Source: Isurus oxyrinchus
Taxonomy: Eukaryota
Reading direction: 5' to 3'
DNA: 64,000 bases
Assembly (NCBI GenBank): GCA_026770705.1
Contig: JANJGN010000035.1
Location: 8,680,001-8,744,000 of the forward strand
The notes beneath the pieces were generated by a model. The model made no database searches, had not been told where the DNA came from, and saw nothing but the letters and a program-made list of their open reading frames with translations. The translations under genes and the position numbers were made by a program. Shown piece after piece: positions 13,001-24,349 of the stretch (its first letter is position 1; every line of letters begins with the position of its first letter).

Positions 13001-13330
13001 AATCTATCTAATTATTCCTCTACCTACTGTCTACGTATTTTGTACCTATCTATATGTCTATCTATCTATATATATTTTTCATTCTCTATATGTGTCTGCC
13101 TATCTATCTATCTATATATCTGTCTATATTTTTCTATTTTTCAAGAAAAAATCTATCTAATTATTCCTCTACCTAATGTCTATGTATTTCGTACCTATCG
13201 ATATGTCTATCTATCTATCTATATATATTTTTCATTCTATATATGTGTCTGCCTATCTTTGTATCTATCTATTGATCTATCTATCTATCTATCTAACTGT
13301 CTGTCTATTTTCCTGTTTATCTGCCTGTCC
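12992..13330 (+). repeat. (CTAT)n-rich low-complexity tract with a ~149-bp tandem duplication
   Basis: tcaagaaaaaatctatctaattattcctctaccta begins at both 12992 and 13141. Confidence 0.85.
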
Positions 13331-13399
13331 ATATGTTTCTTTGCCTGTCTGGCACCTGGCTCTCTGACTACCTGACTCTCTGGCTATGTATCCTGTACT

Positions 13400-15390
13400 A
13401 TACATATGGCCTGCTCTTGTAACTGTTGTGTTTATATGGCTCATCTAGCCATAGTGACTGCTCAATCGTTGTCCCGAAAACATCAACAGTTCCAGATTCT
13501 GCGAGAATAATATTTGCAAATGTCAAAGGTGAATGGATAAATTATTTCTTGAAGATGGACATTGCCTGGCACTTGTGTGGCTCCAATGTTACTTTCGACT
13601 GCTCAGTCCAAACGTAATTTGATGCATGTCTTACTGATTGGGACAGGTAATGCTTCAGGATCCGATGAATCACAGATTCTGCAGAATATTGTGTAATCAT
13701 CAGCGAGCATACCCACATCTGAAGTTATGATGGAAGGAAGCTTACTGATTAAGTATTGAAGTTGATGTGGTCTAGAGAACTAAACCGAGGAACTCCTGCA
13801 GTGATGCCATCTAAGTGGTAAACGTCGCCTCCAACAACAACAATGTTTGTGGCAGATATGACCCCAACCATGGAAGTGCATTGTCCTGATTTTAATAGAC
13901 TCTAGTTTTGCTCAGGCCCCTTAATGCCACAATCAGTCAAAATGTTTTGTGGGTTACAAAGGCAGTCATTCTCACCTCGCCTCTACATTTTATTTATTGT
14001 CTCCATCTTTTAAGGAAGGATGACATGAAGCCAGGAGCTGAGGGGCCTTGGCAAAACTGGAGGTCAGCGCCAGTGATTTTTGCAAAGTCGTTATTGCTAA
14101 GCAATGTCAATGTCCCCTCCTTCACGTTACCAATCACCGCACTGATGTGTAGATCCCAGGGCAGTAACTGCTCTGGAGCACCATGACTTGATTCATGGAA
14201 ATTTTTTGCACAAACGTCACCAGCACTATTGGGAGACTATTGTCATGTCCCACATCCCTTTTAATATCCATTGCCTTCAGCAGCTTCTTCATATCACGTG
14301 GAGCAAAATGAATTGGCTGGACTCAGGCTGTGATGTTGGGGACCTCTGGAATGGACGAGATGGATAATTCACCAGGATTTTCCGGCTGAAGACTTGCAAA
14401 CATCGAGCCGTCTATTTCACACTGATGTGTTGGGCTCACGCTTCAATGAGTTGGGAGACATTTGCGTAGGCCCCTCTTCACGTAGTTTTTTTTTTTTAAT
14501 TTTCATTTTACTGGTCTGGCATCGCTCACAAAAGGACGAGGTAGGACTGCAGATTTTAGGTCAAACCTGCCGGTTGTCTAATCGTTTGCCCTTGTTTGTA
14601 GCCCCAGCATTTGCCACAGATCCAGTCAAGCAGCTGAGACCAATTTGGACTCTGCCAGCTCGGTCAATGGTTGTGCTTCCGTGGCACTCTTAATGATAGA
14701 ATCTGACTTCCCTCGCTCAGAGTGCATTCAATGCTCTTGCCACACAATGTTTACTCCACATTTTTGTTTTAACATAGTAAATTACAGATTCATCAGCTTA
14801 ATCGGCTGGAGGTGAGAGGAGAGGCCCTAGAACTGGTAAGGGTTTGGTGGCTATCAGCAGGAGATTCCTTATACATATTTGATCTGCTGCAAGCGGACTG
14901 ATAGGCGTCCTGATTGGATTTTGGGAAATCGTTTTTTGTCACCTTCACATCGCCTACATTCATGCTTAGACAACTGATGGGCCATTTTATGCCCGGTATG
15001 GACTGTAAGCATGACTAGACAGGTTAATGGCCAGCTCTCCCAAGGTTGCCACAAGCCATAGGTGGACGTGACTCTGCTGCAGGGTTGATTTTGCCTTTGC
15101 CGTTTCCGCTGCCCAAGTCGATGTTGTTTCTTGTTTCATCCCATGCAAATGGTACTGTCTAGAGTCATATGTCACATGTAGGGCAGAAGAGGGCGATAAA
15201 CTAATGCGTCTGTCCTGAAAATCGATTCACGTTCATGATCAGCTTACTTTTCATTCCAGATATTTATGAAAATTAAAATGTCACCTACTGCAGTGTTGAA
15301 ATTCGAAATCAATTTCCCTGTTCATTATCTGAGTTTTGTTAGATTAGGAGGTCACCACCTCACTCAAGGATCTGTGCATGCTGCAACTCC
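13400..15390 (-). mobile_element. Internally deleted copy of the same LINE family, reverse orientation, including its 5' head
   Basis: Reverse-complement similarity to the RT (13400-14200), EN start (14850-15140) and 5' UTR (15150-15390) of the 9770-13000 copy. Confidence 0.75.
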
Positions 15391-15479
15391 ATTTTTGAAG
15401 TTGTCTTAAAATGGAATTTGATGTTACGATTGCAAATTATACATTACATCAAGCATTTAATTGAAATACGTGAAGAGAT

Positions 15480-15720
15480 CCGAAATCCATGCAACAACAA
15501 AAGTGTTACAACTGTTAAATTGTTTTTTAAATATGACCTACCATCTGCCTTTGCTGATCTGCCATTTTTTTTTCTGCGTTGGTTTGGTGTTCTGCCCTTC
15601 AGTGGTTATTTGCTATCACCGTGGCTGCTTTTCAAACAGGATATTAACAATGAGTTGGCAAACCTCTTCCCTTTCGTCACGTTCATCTAGGTTTCTGATT
15701 TTCTGAAAGTAGAAGTTATT
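15480..15720 (-). mobile_element. Old CR1 RT relic
   Basis: IRNLDE...RFAN...ggcagatggtaggtcatatttaa...cacttttg follows the CR1 INDLDE..KFADD..WQMxFN..HFG order. Confidence 0.5.
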
Positions 15721-16375
15721 CCTTTCACAATTAGTGAAAAATTGCAAAGGGACAAACTAAAGCATTTGTTGTCTCGTTCTCTCTCTGTCACTGCCTGTCT
15801 GCACCTCACCCGCTGTCTCTCTCTCTCTCTCTAGTTATCTCTCTCTTTAACTTAGGGAAGAATTAACAGAAAATATAAATAAGAAAGTGAGCAGCCTTCA
15901 TAAACGGTTGAAGTTATAAGAAGACTCTCAGTGGACGACAGAGGCATGGAGAGACATTTTCGGACTAGTTTTAGAACTTAGCGGCTTGACAGCTGAATTC
16001 TCAGTTGCCAAACATAGGAGACGTATTTGGACATGACATATAATGTCACCAGTTAGCAACTTTCTTTGTTACAGCTAGTATTGATATGGAAAGCAAACGA
16101 CTGAGTTTCGGAAACTAAAATTGAACAGACCAGACGTCGTTAAAACGAGAATGAAGTCCGTGTCGCTTCCAGCACAAAACGAATTAATATAGAAGTCATT
16201 GTTGGTTTTACAACGTGCTCCACCTTATTTCAAAGCGACCAAAATGAAAGTTTAATTCACTTCATGTTTCAATGTTATTCATCTATGTATTACCAGCAGC
16301 TTACATATTTTAATCCATACACTCTGAACACAGTTGTGTTGTACAATCGGTTTTATTTCAACATTATTATAACGT

Positions 16376-16478
16376 AAAACAAAAACAGGATTAGCTGAAC
16401 AACTCAGCAGGTCTGGCAGCGTCGGCGGAGAAGAAATGAGTTGACGTTTCGAGTCCTCATTACCCTTCGACAGAACTG
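16376..16478 (-). mobile_element. 103-bp PLE tail insertion carrying a hammerhead-like motif
   Basis: Reverse complement of about 33230-33330. Flanked by the direct repeat ataacgt (16369-16375 and 16479-16485). Confidence 0.85.
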
Positions 16479-17399
16479 ATAACGTGTCATTTAATTCAAA
16501 TTATTTCATCGGTCATTCAACCATCGCTGCAAATTTTTAATGGTTGCTTAAAATCCGAATTCCCTATGCTATTAGTAATTTTTAAATTTAATTAACATGA
16601 AAACGCAAGTTTAATGTTGAATATTTGTATCTGTTCCAATGCAGGATCAGAGTATTCTAATTTGATGCATTTTTTTTCCGCTGGCAATGGGTTCTTCTTG
16701 TGTGACATTCTCTAGTATTTAAATGTTTGAAATGTTGAAGTTATGATCTTTAACCTCTCAATCAAGCAATTATATTAGTTTTACTCTGTTACTATTCTCT
16801 TGAAATTAGTTATATGGGATGTGTACGTTTGAATTAAAGGGTACCTTTCCAGAATACATATGAAAGCATGGTCTCGTAGTTTACCTTATATCTTCCTTTG
16901 GCAATTATTTCTCTCTAAATCCAACCCCCCAACACACACACACAAACCTAGTTCCTTGTTTATTTCAAACCAAAATAACGATCCCCTGCACAACTGGATC
17001 ACGTCAGTAACTCTAACATCACTTTGCTTGCCATTGTCCTTCTGGATGTATGCTTTGCGAACCGAATATCCATCCCCATAATGTTCTAGAGGCTTGAATA
17101 CAAGTCATTAGTGTTGCCAAGTGTCCAATTTCGCTGTATAAAATAATTCAAACTAGACCTCAATTTATCAATCTGACACAAATTCATGCTGTTGGAGGAA
17201 TTTTAAAGCATTCCCCAGTTGATTTAATTTAAATAAGTACCTTATGTAAGAACAAAGTGTTGCAAAGGAATGTGATGTTGCTATCATGGCAGATAAGTTT
17301 GAGAAAACCCAGAAACAACTGAATTCTAGATTTTTTTTTCCGAAAAATTATCTCCAAAGACCAAGGACAGATTTGAATTCGCAACATGATGAAACAAGT

Positions 17400-19150
17400 G
17401 ATAGTTGTGAAATGGCAGGAACGAAGGGGAATACAACTCGAGAGTGAAGAAAATTGGTTATTAAATGCAAATCGTTCTCCAGATTTTAACAGTACACAAC
17501 AGGTGGTGTCTCGTCCATTTTCCTCCCATGGCGGTTAGCCCAGTCATGTGTAGATGAACAGTGGCAATGCTCCTGAAAGTTGCGGTTGCGTGCTGAATAG
17601 CCACGAAAAGCAAGCCATATGATGTTCAGGGTTTTTGCTTAAATGGCAAACGCACCAGCAAAAATAAAAAAGAAATGGAGATCAGTATGCTCATGACACT
17701 GGTTTTCTGGAAACATTGTTTTTGCCAGGAGATGGAAACTTCCCGTCAGCTAGCATAGAGTTTTCAAAGTATTAGTTAAGTGAGTTGATCGAGAACATAG
17801 TGCTCCTTTTCTGAGTTAAAAATAATAGCTGCAGAACTAGTTGGTAACCGGGACATTGATGGTGGTAGTCATTCCGAGGATAACAAGGAAATGGATCAGC
17901 ATATTGGTGGACATAGCTTAGTAGAATATCTGGCTTGTATCTCAAAGCTATACAGCAATCCATTAACTACAGGAGACGCGAAACAGGAAAACAGAGTTGT
18001 GCTCAGTAGCAAACTGCTGGGGTTATTTCAGAGATTCTCCTGGAACGACAGAGCCACAGCAAATGAAGAAGTCGAATGGAAAGCCAATTATAGTACAGTG
18101 ATGCAAGGACTCAGCAGCAATTCTTGAAGACGCAATAGCTTAGCAATCATCTGCTTACTAGCTCTCAGTTTGTGTTTCACCGGTTTCACTCACCTCCTGA
18201 CCTCAGTCCAACCTTGGCTCAAACATGGACAAAATAGGTGAAAGCTGGCCTTGAGGTGAGACTGACTGTATCAAGGCAACATTTTCTACGAATGTGGAAT
18301 CAGACGCTGCAAGCAAAACTTGGGTGAATGTGAATGAGATCGAAGCTCATTGGAGTCTAGCCAAATAGAACGGAGGAAGGTTGTGTTTGCTGGAGATTGA
18401 ATACCTCAGTTCCAAGATATCACTGCAGGAGTTTCTCATGATATGTGCTCTGCTAAACAACTTTCAGCTGATTCACCACTGACCTTCCTTGCATCATAAG
18501 GAAATGTGTGTGGATGCATGCTGATGATGGCACAATATTAGAACCATTTGTCGGTCATCAGATACTGAAAGAGTAATTGCATAATAAGAAGAATAATTGA
18601 TCAATATTCATGCTTATGCTGAAAAGCAGCAAGTGACCTTCAAGCCGCACTTGTGCCAGGAAATGACCATGTTCTCCAACTGACAAAAGTTTTATCGACG
18701 ATTGATGTTCAGAGACATTACCAGACCACATCCGTCTCTTTCAACATCCTGGGAGATGTGATTTATCAGTTGACGAACTGTGCAATCCAAAAAATACTGT
18801 GGCTGCAAGTGCAGATCAAAAAGCAATGGTCATCTCACCCCTAGGATCCCAAAAGCCTGTCCAAAATCTACAATACAGAATTTGCGAGTGCAACGGGATG
18901 CTCTCCACTTGCGAGGATAAGTACAGCTCCAAGTACACTGAAGAAGCTTAACAACACCAGAGACAAAGCAGCCTGCTTGATAGGCACGCCAACCACAAAT
19001 ATTCACTCCATCTACCACAGCTGTGCATTTTCAGCAATGTGCACTACCAAAAGGATGAACTCAAAGCCAGCCGCTAAGCTCACAATGGCTATTAGACATG
19101 GACAACGAGTGCTGCTAAAGCCAGCGTCGCCGTTTTCCATGGAAAAATAT
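17400..19150 (+). mobile_element. Degenerate LINE fragment(s), same CR1/L2-group family
   Basis: Collinear similarity to about 11700-12700, e.g. gctcaaacatggacaaaa, gctgatgatggcacaata, gacaaagcagcctgcttgataggcac. Confidence 0.7.
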
Positions 19151-21431
19151 TTTTTAAAAGATACCTTGGAGTACAATTGGACAGGCTGGCTGCTGCAGAT
19201 TTTAAAATGGCCAGATGCATGCGGTAGGAATTAAAGCAGCCAAAATTGGATATAAAAAATGGAATAGCACTAGAATAAAAGTAACAGCGTTTGAAGCAGA
19301 TGCAGCAGAGTACTTATGCAATGACCTGCTTGCAGTTTGGAAACATGGTCCAGGAACTCCAAAAACAGGCGAATAGAAAATAGGGCGGATGTCTCTCCTA
19401 GTCAAATAGCCGCAGTGAAGTTCAGCTAAAACGGTAAAGCCACCTGCAGGCAGTGTTCCCACAGAGAATATGGCAGTTTGGCGTGTAGGAGAGGGCGGCA
19501 TGGGGGCCCATGCCCAAAGGAGGGGGGAAATTGAAGATGATACGCACTAAGCCAATTATCACCTACAATTTCAATGTCGGAATGCCAACTGATTAAAAGT
19601 CGGGCTCAAAATTCAAACATAGCTGGACAAAGGAGCAAAGCTCACAATCCTACTGAAGAGATCGAGCTGGGGGAGACATAACACGCCTGGCAGGTTTGTA
19701 AATTATTGTTTCCTACGCACCTCAAAATTTCTGAGATATTTATCAATGGGCCGGAACCTTAAATAATAAAGCAATGGGTTGTGGAGTGGCCATTGAAGGT
19801 TGAAATATCTTCAGGGAAATAAAACAAGTGGTAAGATAAATTGGCATTAACAAACCTTGCACAACAAATACATGTGGAATTTATTCCTTGCAGTGCTTCA
19901 GATTTGATTCGGAACACCGACAAATTTCAAAGCTCACCAAAGGCTGTATGTCTGTTTCTGTTAAGATTCTCAAAATAATAGGAACATAAATTATTGAAAA
20001 CTGAAACTCGCAGCTCCAACCACAACCAGGAATTTGACTTGAAAGCGTTAGAGGTTAGTGTGTTTTAGAAAGTACCTGCATCCATAACTCAACATATGCA
20101 GTGCCCCAGTTAAAATTGTGAAGTAAGGCAGAAAGTTACTTCATCAACTATCTCTCCGTCAAAGAAAAGCACAATTTAACTGTAATATTCCTCTTTATTT
20201 TCAAGCTGTTGCAATACATATTTGTGGTCATCTTGCTGCCACTGAACAGGCCTTGATGTATCTACCGGAGTGGAACATACCGTATTGGTCTGCTATGGAT
20301 CTTCTCTTGTTGGAACGCAAACAATGTATTTCATTAATTTCGTTCACAGGATGAATGAGCTATCAGATTTTTTTCTTAAAAATGATCATTTTGTGTCGTA
20401 CACCCTCGAATTAAGAATCGGAAAATGTCAACATAATGAGAAGTATTTATTGTGATGAAATCTCTTGAAAATTTCGATGCAGTGACCCTGTTTATTCAAG
20501 AATCATCGGCGAATTAATTATACTCAGAATAAGTAATTACACAGTTAAGGCATGGTGAGGAGACATCTTTTATTTTGGTGCCTCGTTAATATTTGGAGTT
20601 CTCGAGTGCTTTGGAGGCAGAAGTATTCAATGTATGCAAGTCTGAGTTACAGATAATTCGATCAATACTAAATTTAAATGGTTAATTGGAAAATAAAGTT
20701 GTGTTCAAGATACGAATAGACCACAAATGAATTTATTTATTATCGCAGGGGATTCGACGTTCAAGATAACATAACCCGCCTCATATGATGTTATGCCCTG
20801 GTGTAAACATGTAACATTTAATTTAAGTAAGTAATAACTGATATCAACTTCCTGGAAAATTATCTCATTCATCTTCAAAGCTACCTCACCGATATTATGC
20901 TCCTGTGCATGTGTGTAAACTCGTTTTACAAGATGCTATATGATTTATATACACGTATAATATAGATGATTTCAAACATGTAATTATTTAGTTACTTTTA
21001 AGAATTATGCCCTCAGGAAATCTTCACAACATTGAATTATGCCGGAGGAACTGCCAATAGTGTTGATCAATGGGCTGAAGATCTGTTCCCGGAGGGGAGC
21101 AATTGTTAAGGAGATGTGTTTTATGTTGGACAATGTAAATTAATTTGTGATAGTTCTGTGTCCTGGAAGGTATGGCAGAATTTTGGATGTTCGAAAAAAA
21201 TAAAGCAACATTACAGTGTGATACAAAACCAATGGAAGTAAAAATGCTAAAAGGAAGAAAGGTTGTGAGTAATGAAGAAAAGATTAATTATGTTGAAGCT
21301 CATTGTGGTCTTGACGACCACCAAGTTTGGGTCAATTGCTGCATTCCTAGAACAGCATGTTTGTGTAGTTGGAGGCAATAACAAAGCCGAAACACTGCAG
21401 AATTATTTCTATTGGAACCTACTCAAATGCA

Positions 21432-21642
21432 AAACACAAACATAATTACCTGGAAAAACTCAACAGGTCCGGCAGCAGTGGCGGAGAATTAAAGAGCCGA
21501 CGTTTCGAGTCCTCATGACCCCTCAACAGAACAGAAACGTCGGTTCTTTTCTTCTCCGCTGGTGCTGCCGGTCCTGCTGCGTTTTCCGAGGTAATTCTAG
21601 TTTTGTTTTGGATTGCCAGCATGTGCAGTTGTTTTGTTTTTG
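21432..21642. mobile_element. Head-to-head inverted pair of PLE tail fragments
   Basis: Left arm ...gagccgacgtttc (to 21506) is reverse-complementary to the right arm gaaacgtcggttc... (from 21535). Flanks are ctcaaatgca (21422-21431) and ctcaagtgca (21643-21652). Confidence 0.8.
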
Positions 21643-22059
21643 CTCAAGTGCAGGCCGTTTGCCAGAGGATCGTAAGATTTAACTGCATGTGTGCTCCAAA
21701 ATGTATGCAATGTCGAATTTTCCATTGATAATGCCATTATTTCTCAGGAGCAGTTGATTCAACTTTACCCTTTTGGATCGGGGCATAGTTTGGCATCTAA
21801 TGGCATAAATGTTCCATGTTGCTGATCTCTCCAAGTGGTCATTGTGGTTTGGTATTTTAGCAAATCAAGTGCCTTTAGAGTTTAGCAAATGACGCATGCA
21901 TGACTTGCAAACTCATACTTGGGAGTGTTGTGAAATCAGGGCTAAAGTTGCCTCTTTAATAATCCTGAAAGAGTGCTAATACACGAAAGGACGACTGTAA
22001 AATTGTATTAGCAGAACAGATCGTGAAAGCAGCCAGGAGCGGAACCTGGAAAAATAACG

Positions 22060-22790
22060 CCAGAGGAAAAAAAAAATACTTTGGAAAATGGAGGCCTGAA
22101 ATGAAAACAGGAACTGACAAAAAACATAGGGCATATCTCCCGCTATGGGGAGAGCAACAGAGTTAGCATTTCAAGTCGAAAATGGCAATGCTTTGCATCT
22201 GGAATGTGTAAGGAACATGATATTATTGTGTGGCTGGAAAAGTGGCACCTTTAGAAAAAAATAAGACCCGGCGTGTTTGTAGTGCTGTGGAGTTTCAATG
22301 ACAAATATTTCAATGAGCACAGGAGAAAGGACGTGAGAATGGTTATCAAAAACTCAAAATATTAGTCCAAAGCACATGTCAGTAGCAAAACATATATCAG
22401 AGCTGCACAAAAGCAAAATCACAAATCCGTTATGAGCATTTGCTGAAGTATACGAGGCCATTTTAAAATGACAGTTTATTTCAAAACACTCTGGAAGCCA
22501 GGGCGACGATGAATATCTCAGGCAAGTAGCTAGTAGGTGCTTGTGGGTGGTATATGGGTTAGTATGTGTAAGGCAGCTCAAATTAGTCAAGGCGTTACAA
22601 TGGGATGAGTGTAGAGGATTCGCGTTGTCAGTTGCAGGTGAGGGATTTCGACGGATAATCGGGGCCAGGGTTAATCTGGAGAACAGTCAGAGATTCCAGA
22701 AGCCATTTGAGGGTCCGGATGCATGTCAGGTGTCAGCAGTCTAGTTGAGCCGGAGTTAGAATTATTGATCCTCCTTCTAAGAAAGGGGAA
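22060..22790 (-). mobile_element. Old PLE 3' region
   Basis: ctgaaatgaaaacaggaa...gagagcaacagagttagcatttcaagtcg resembles the reversed PLE tail. The remainder is decayed. Confidence 0.45.
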
Positions 22791-24349
22791 TTTTGTAATC
22801 TCCAATTGGTAAATGGTTCCAGGAGCAGAAAATTGTCCATCAGATTTTAAGGTCCCCGGGCATTCCCTGTGCTGTTCCTGCAACGGGCCTTCCGATAAGC
22901 TGGCGCCCGAGTTTGGGGGATGGGAGGAGGTGTCAGGAGGCGGTGTTCCACTAGCGCCTACACTGGGTGATACCAGCAGAGTACAGCAACGGGGTGCAAC
23001 CGCCTTCGGAGTTCCTGTGGCACTTACCTAAAATGACTGGCAGTTCCGACAAACATTGTAAAACCCCCTTCGAATAGTGGTGTCTGACTTGCTACTGCCA
23101 ACTATTTGCACACAAACTATGGAAATTTAGGCAATTATTTCAATCTCCCGGCATCCACATTCTTATTTTAATGGTTTTAAAGCTGCCATTAACGTGTGAG
23201 TTATACAGTACAGGCACAGGCCTGCATTCCAGATCATTAGGTCATTTTCAAATTTTCGCAATACAACGCCAGCTTTTTCTTTGTTCTTAAGTCGTTAGAG
23301 AATATTAATTCTGCATTAAAGCATTGGCCAACTGCTCTGACTGCAACTCACCTTTATTATCGCTAATCAATCAGGCCCAGACTATTGCTACCAGTTTAAA
23401 TTATATATGTTGATTGAGGATGATTGATTAACTTTTATCTTAACTGCCATTCTATCTCCGACTGTATCTTTATCATACGTATTGTCCTCTTCGTATTTCC
23501 CTCCAACTTATGGCATTTGATCTGGGCATCGCTTTCCGAATCCTCCCGACAGCATAAAACGTTCTCTTCCTTTCTATCGTCTTATTTCCCTACCCCACAT
23601 CATCCTGGAATCCCTGATTAGAAATTGTAATCACTGTCTCACCTGTTTGAATGAGCCTAGTCTATAAATGCGAAATGTCGCTCTCCTTAAAATCACCCAC
23701 ACTGATTTGTTTGAGTATTTGTTTTTATTATCACTTTTTCTATTTTGCATTAGTTCTATCGTTTCTCATCCGTCTTAGGTTAACCTAGTTCCAAGACAAA
23801 ATGTTAAATTTAGATAATTCTTCCATCTTTTTAATTTTTAAACTTGAATCTTATGAGGAAAAATATCAAACATACTTGTCCACTTGGACAAAGCCATCTG
23901 AATAAATGGGCCCGAAACTTCACCGACATATTTGGTACAAGAACAACATGGAGAATGAAGTTGCTGCGCCACCCCACAGCCACCACTTCCCCCACCCCCC
24001 CCCCCACCGCAACACCCCCCCCCCAACCCCGCCACCCCCTCAGAATTATTTAGCTTTTGCATTAATGCTTCACTTGATTTGAATCATCGCTTTTCTACTT
24101 CTCTTAATAGTTGAAGGCATGCTGAATTTGTGCATTACTGTGATCATTCTCAATCCTCTTCGAAACTTTAACTCTATCAGAGAGCTTTGGTGCATTGTTA
24201 ATGTCACTGCACTTTAAGTCTGTCACCTGTGCCAACTGACTATGGAATACGTGTAAAATCAGGCCACGGCAGCTGGTAAAATGTAATTTCCAATAAATCT
24301 GCAACAAAACGTAATCTCAGTAGCCTTGATCCTGGAGCCATTTTCATTC

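Noticed and set aside
13040-13375. ORFs rich in YLSI repeats
   Set aside because: They are translations of the (CTAT)n microsatellite.
15541-15702. Apparent spliced CARD-like exon on the minus strand (KIRNLDERDEREEVCQLIVNILFEK) with AG/GT ends, upstream of the NACHT
   Set aside because: The same DNA and its flanks follow CR1 RT order (INDLDE, KFAD, WQMxFN, HFG), and it contains two stops. A CR1 relic is more parsimonious.
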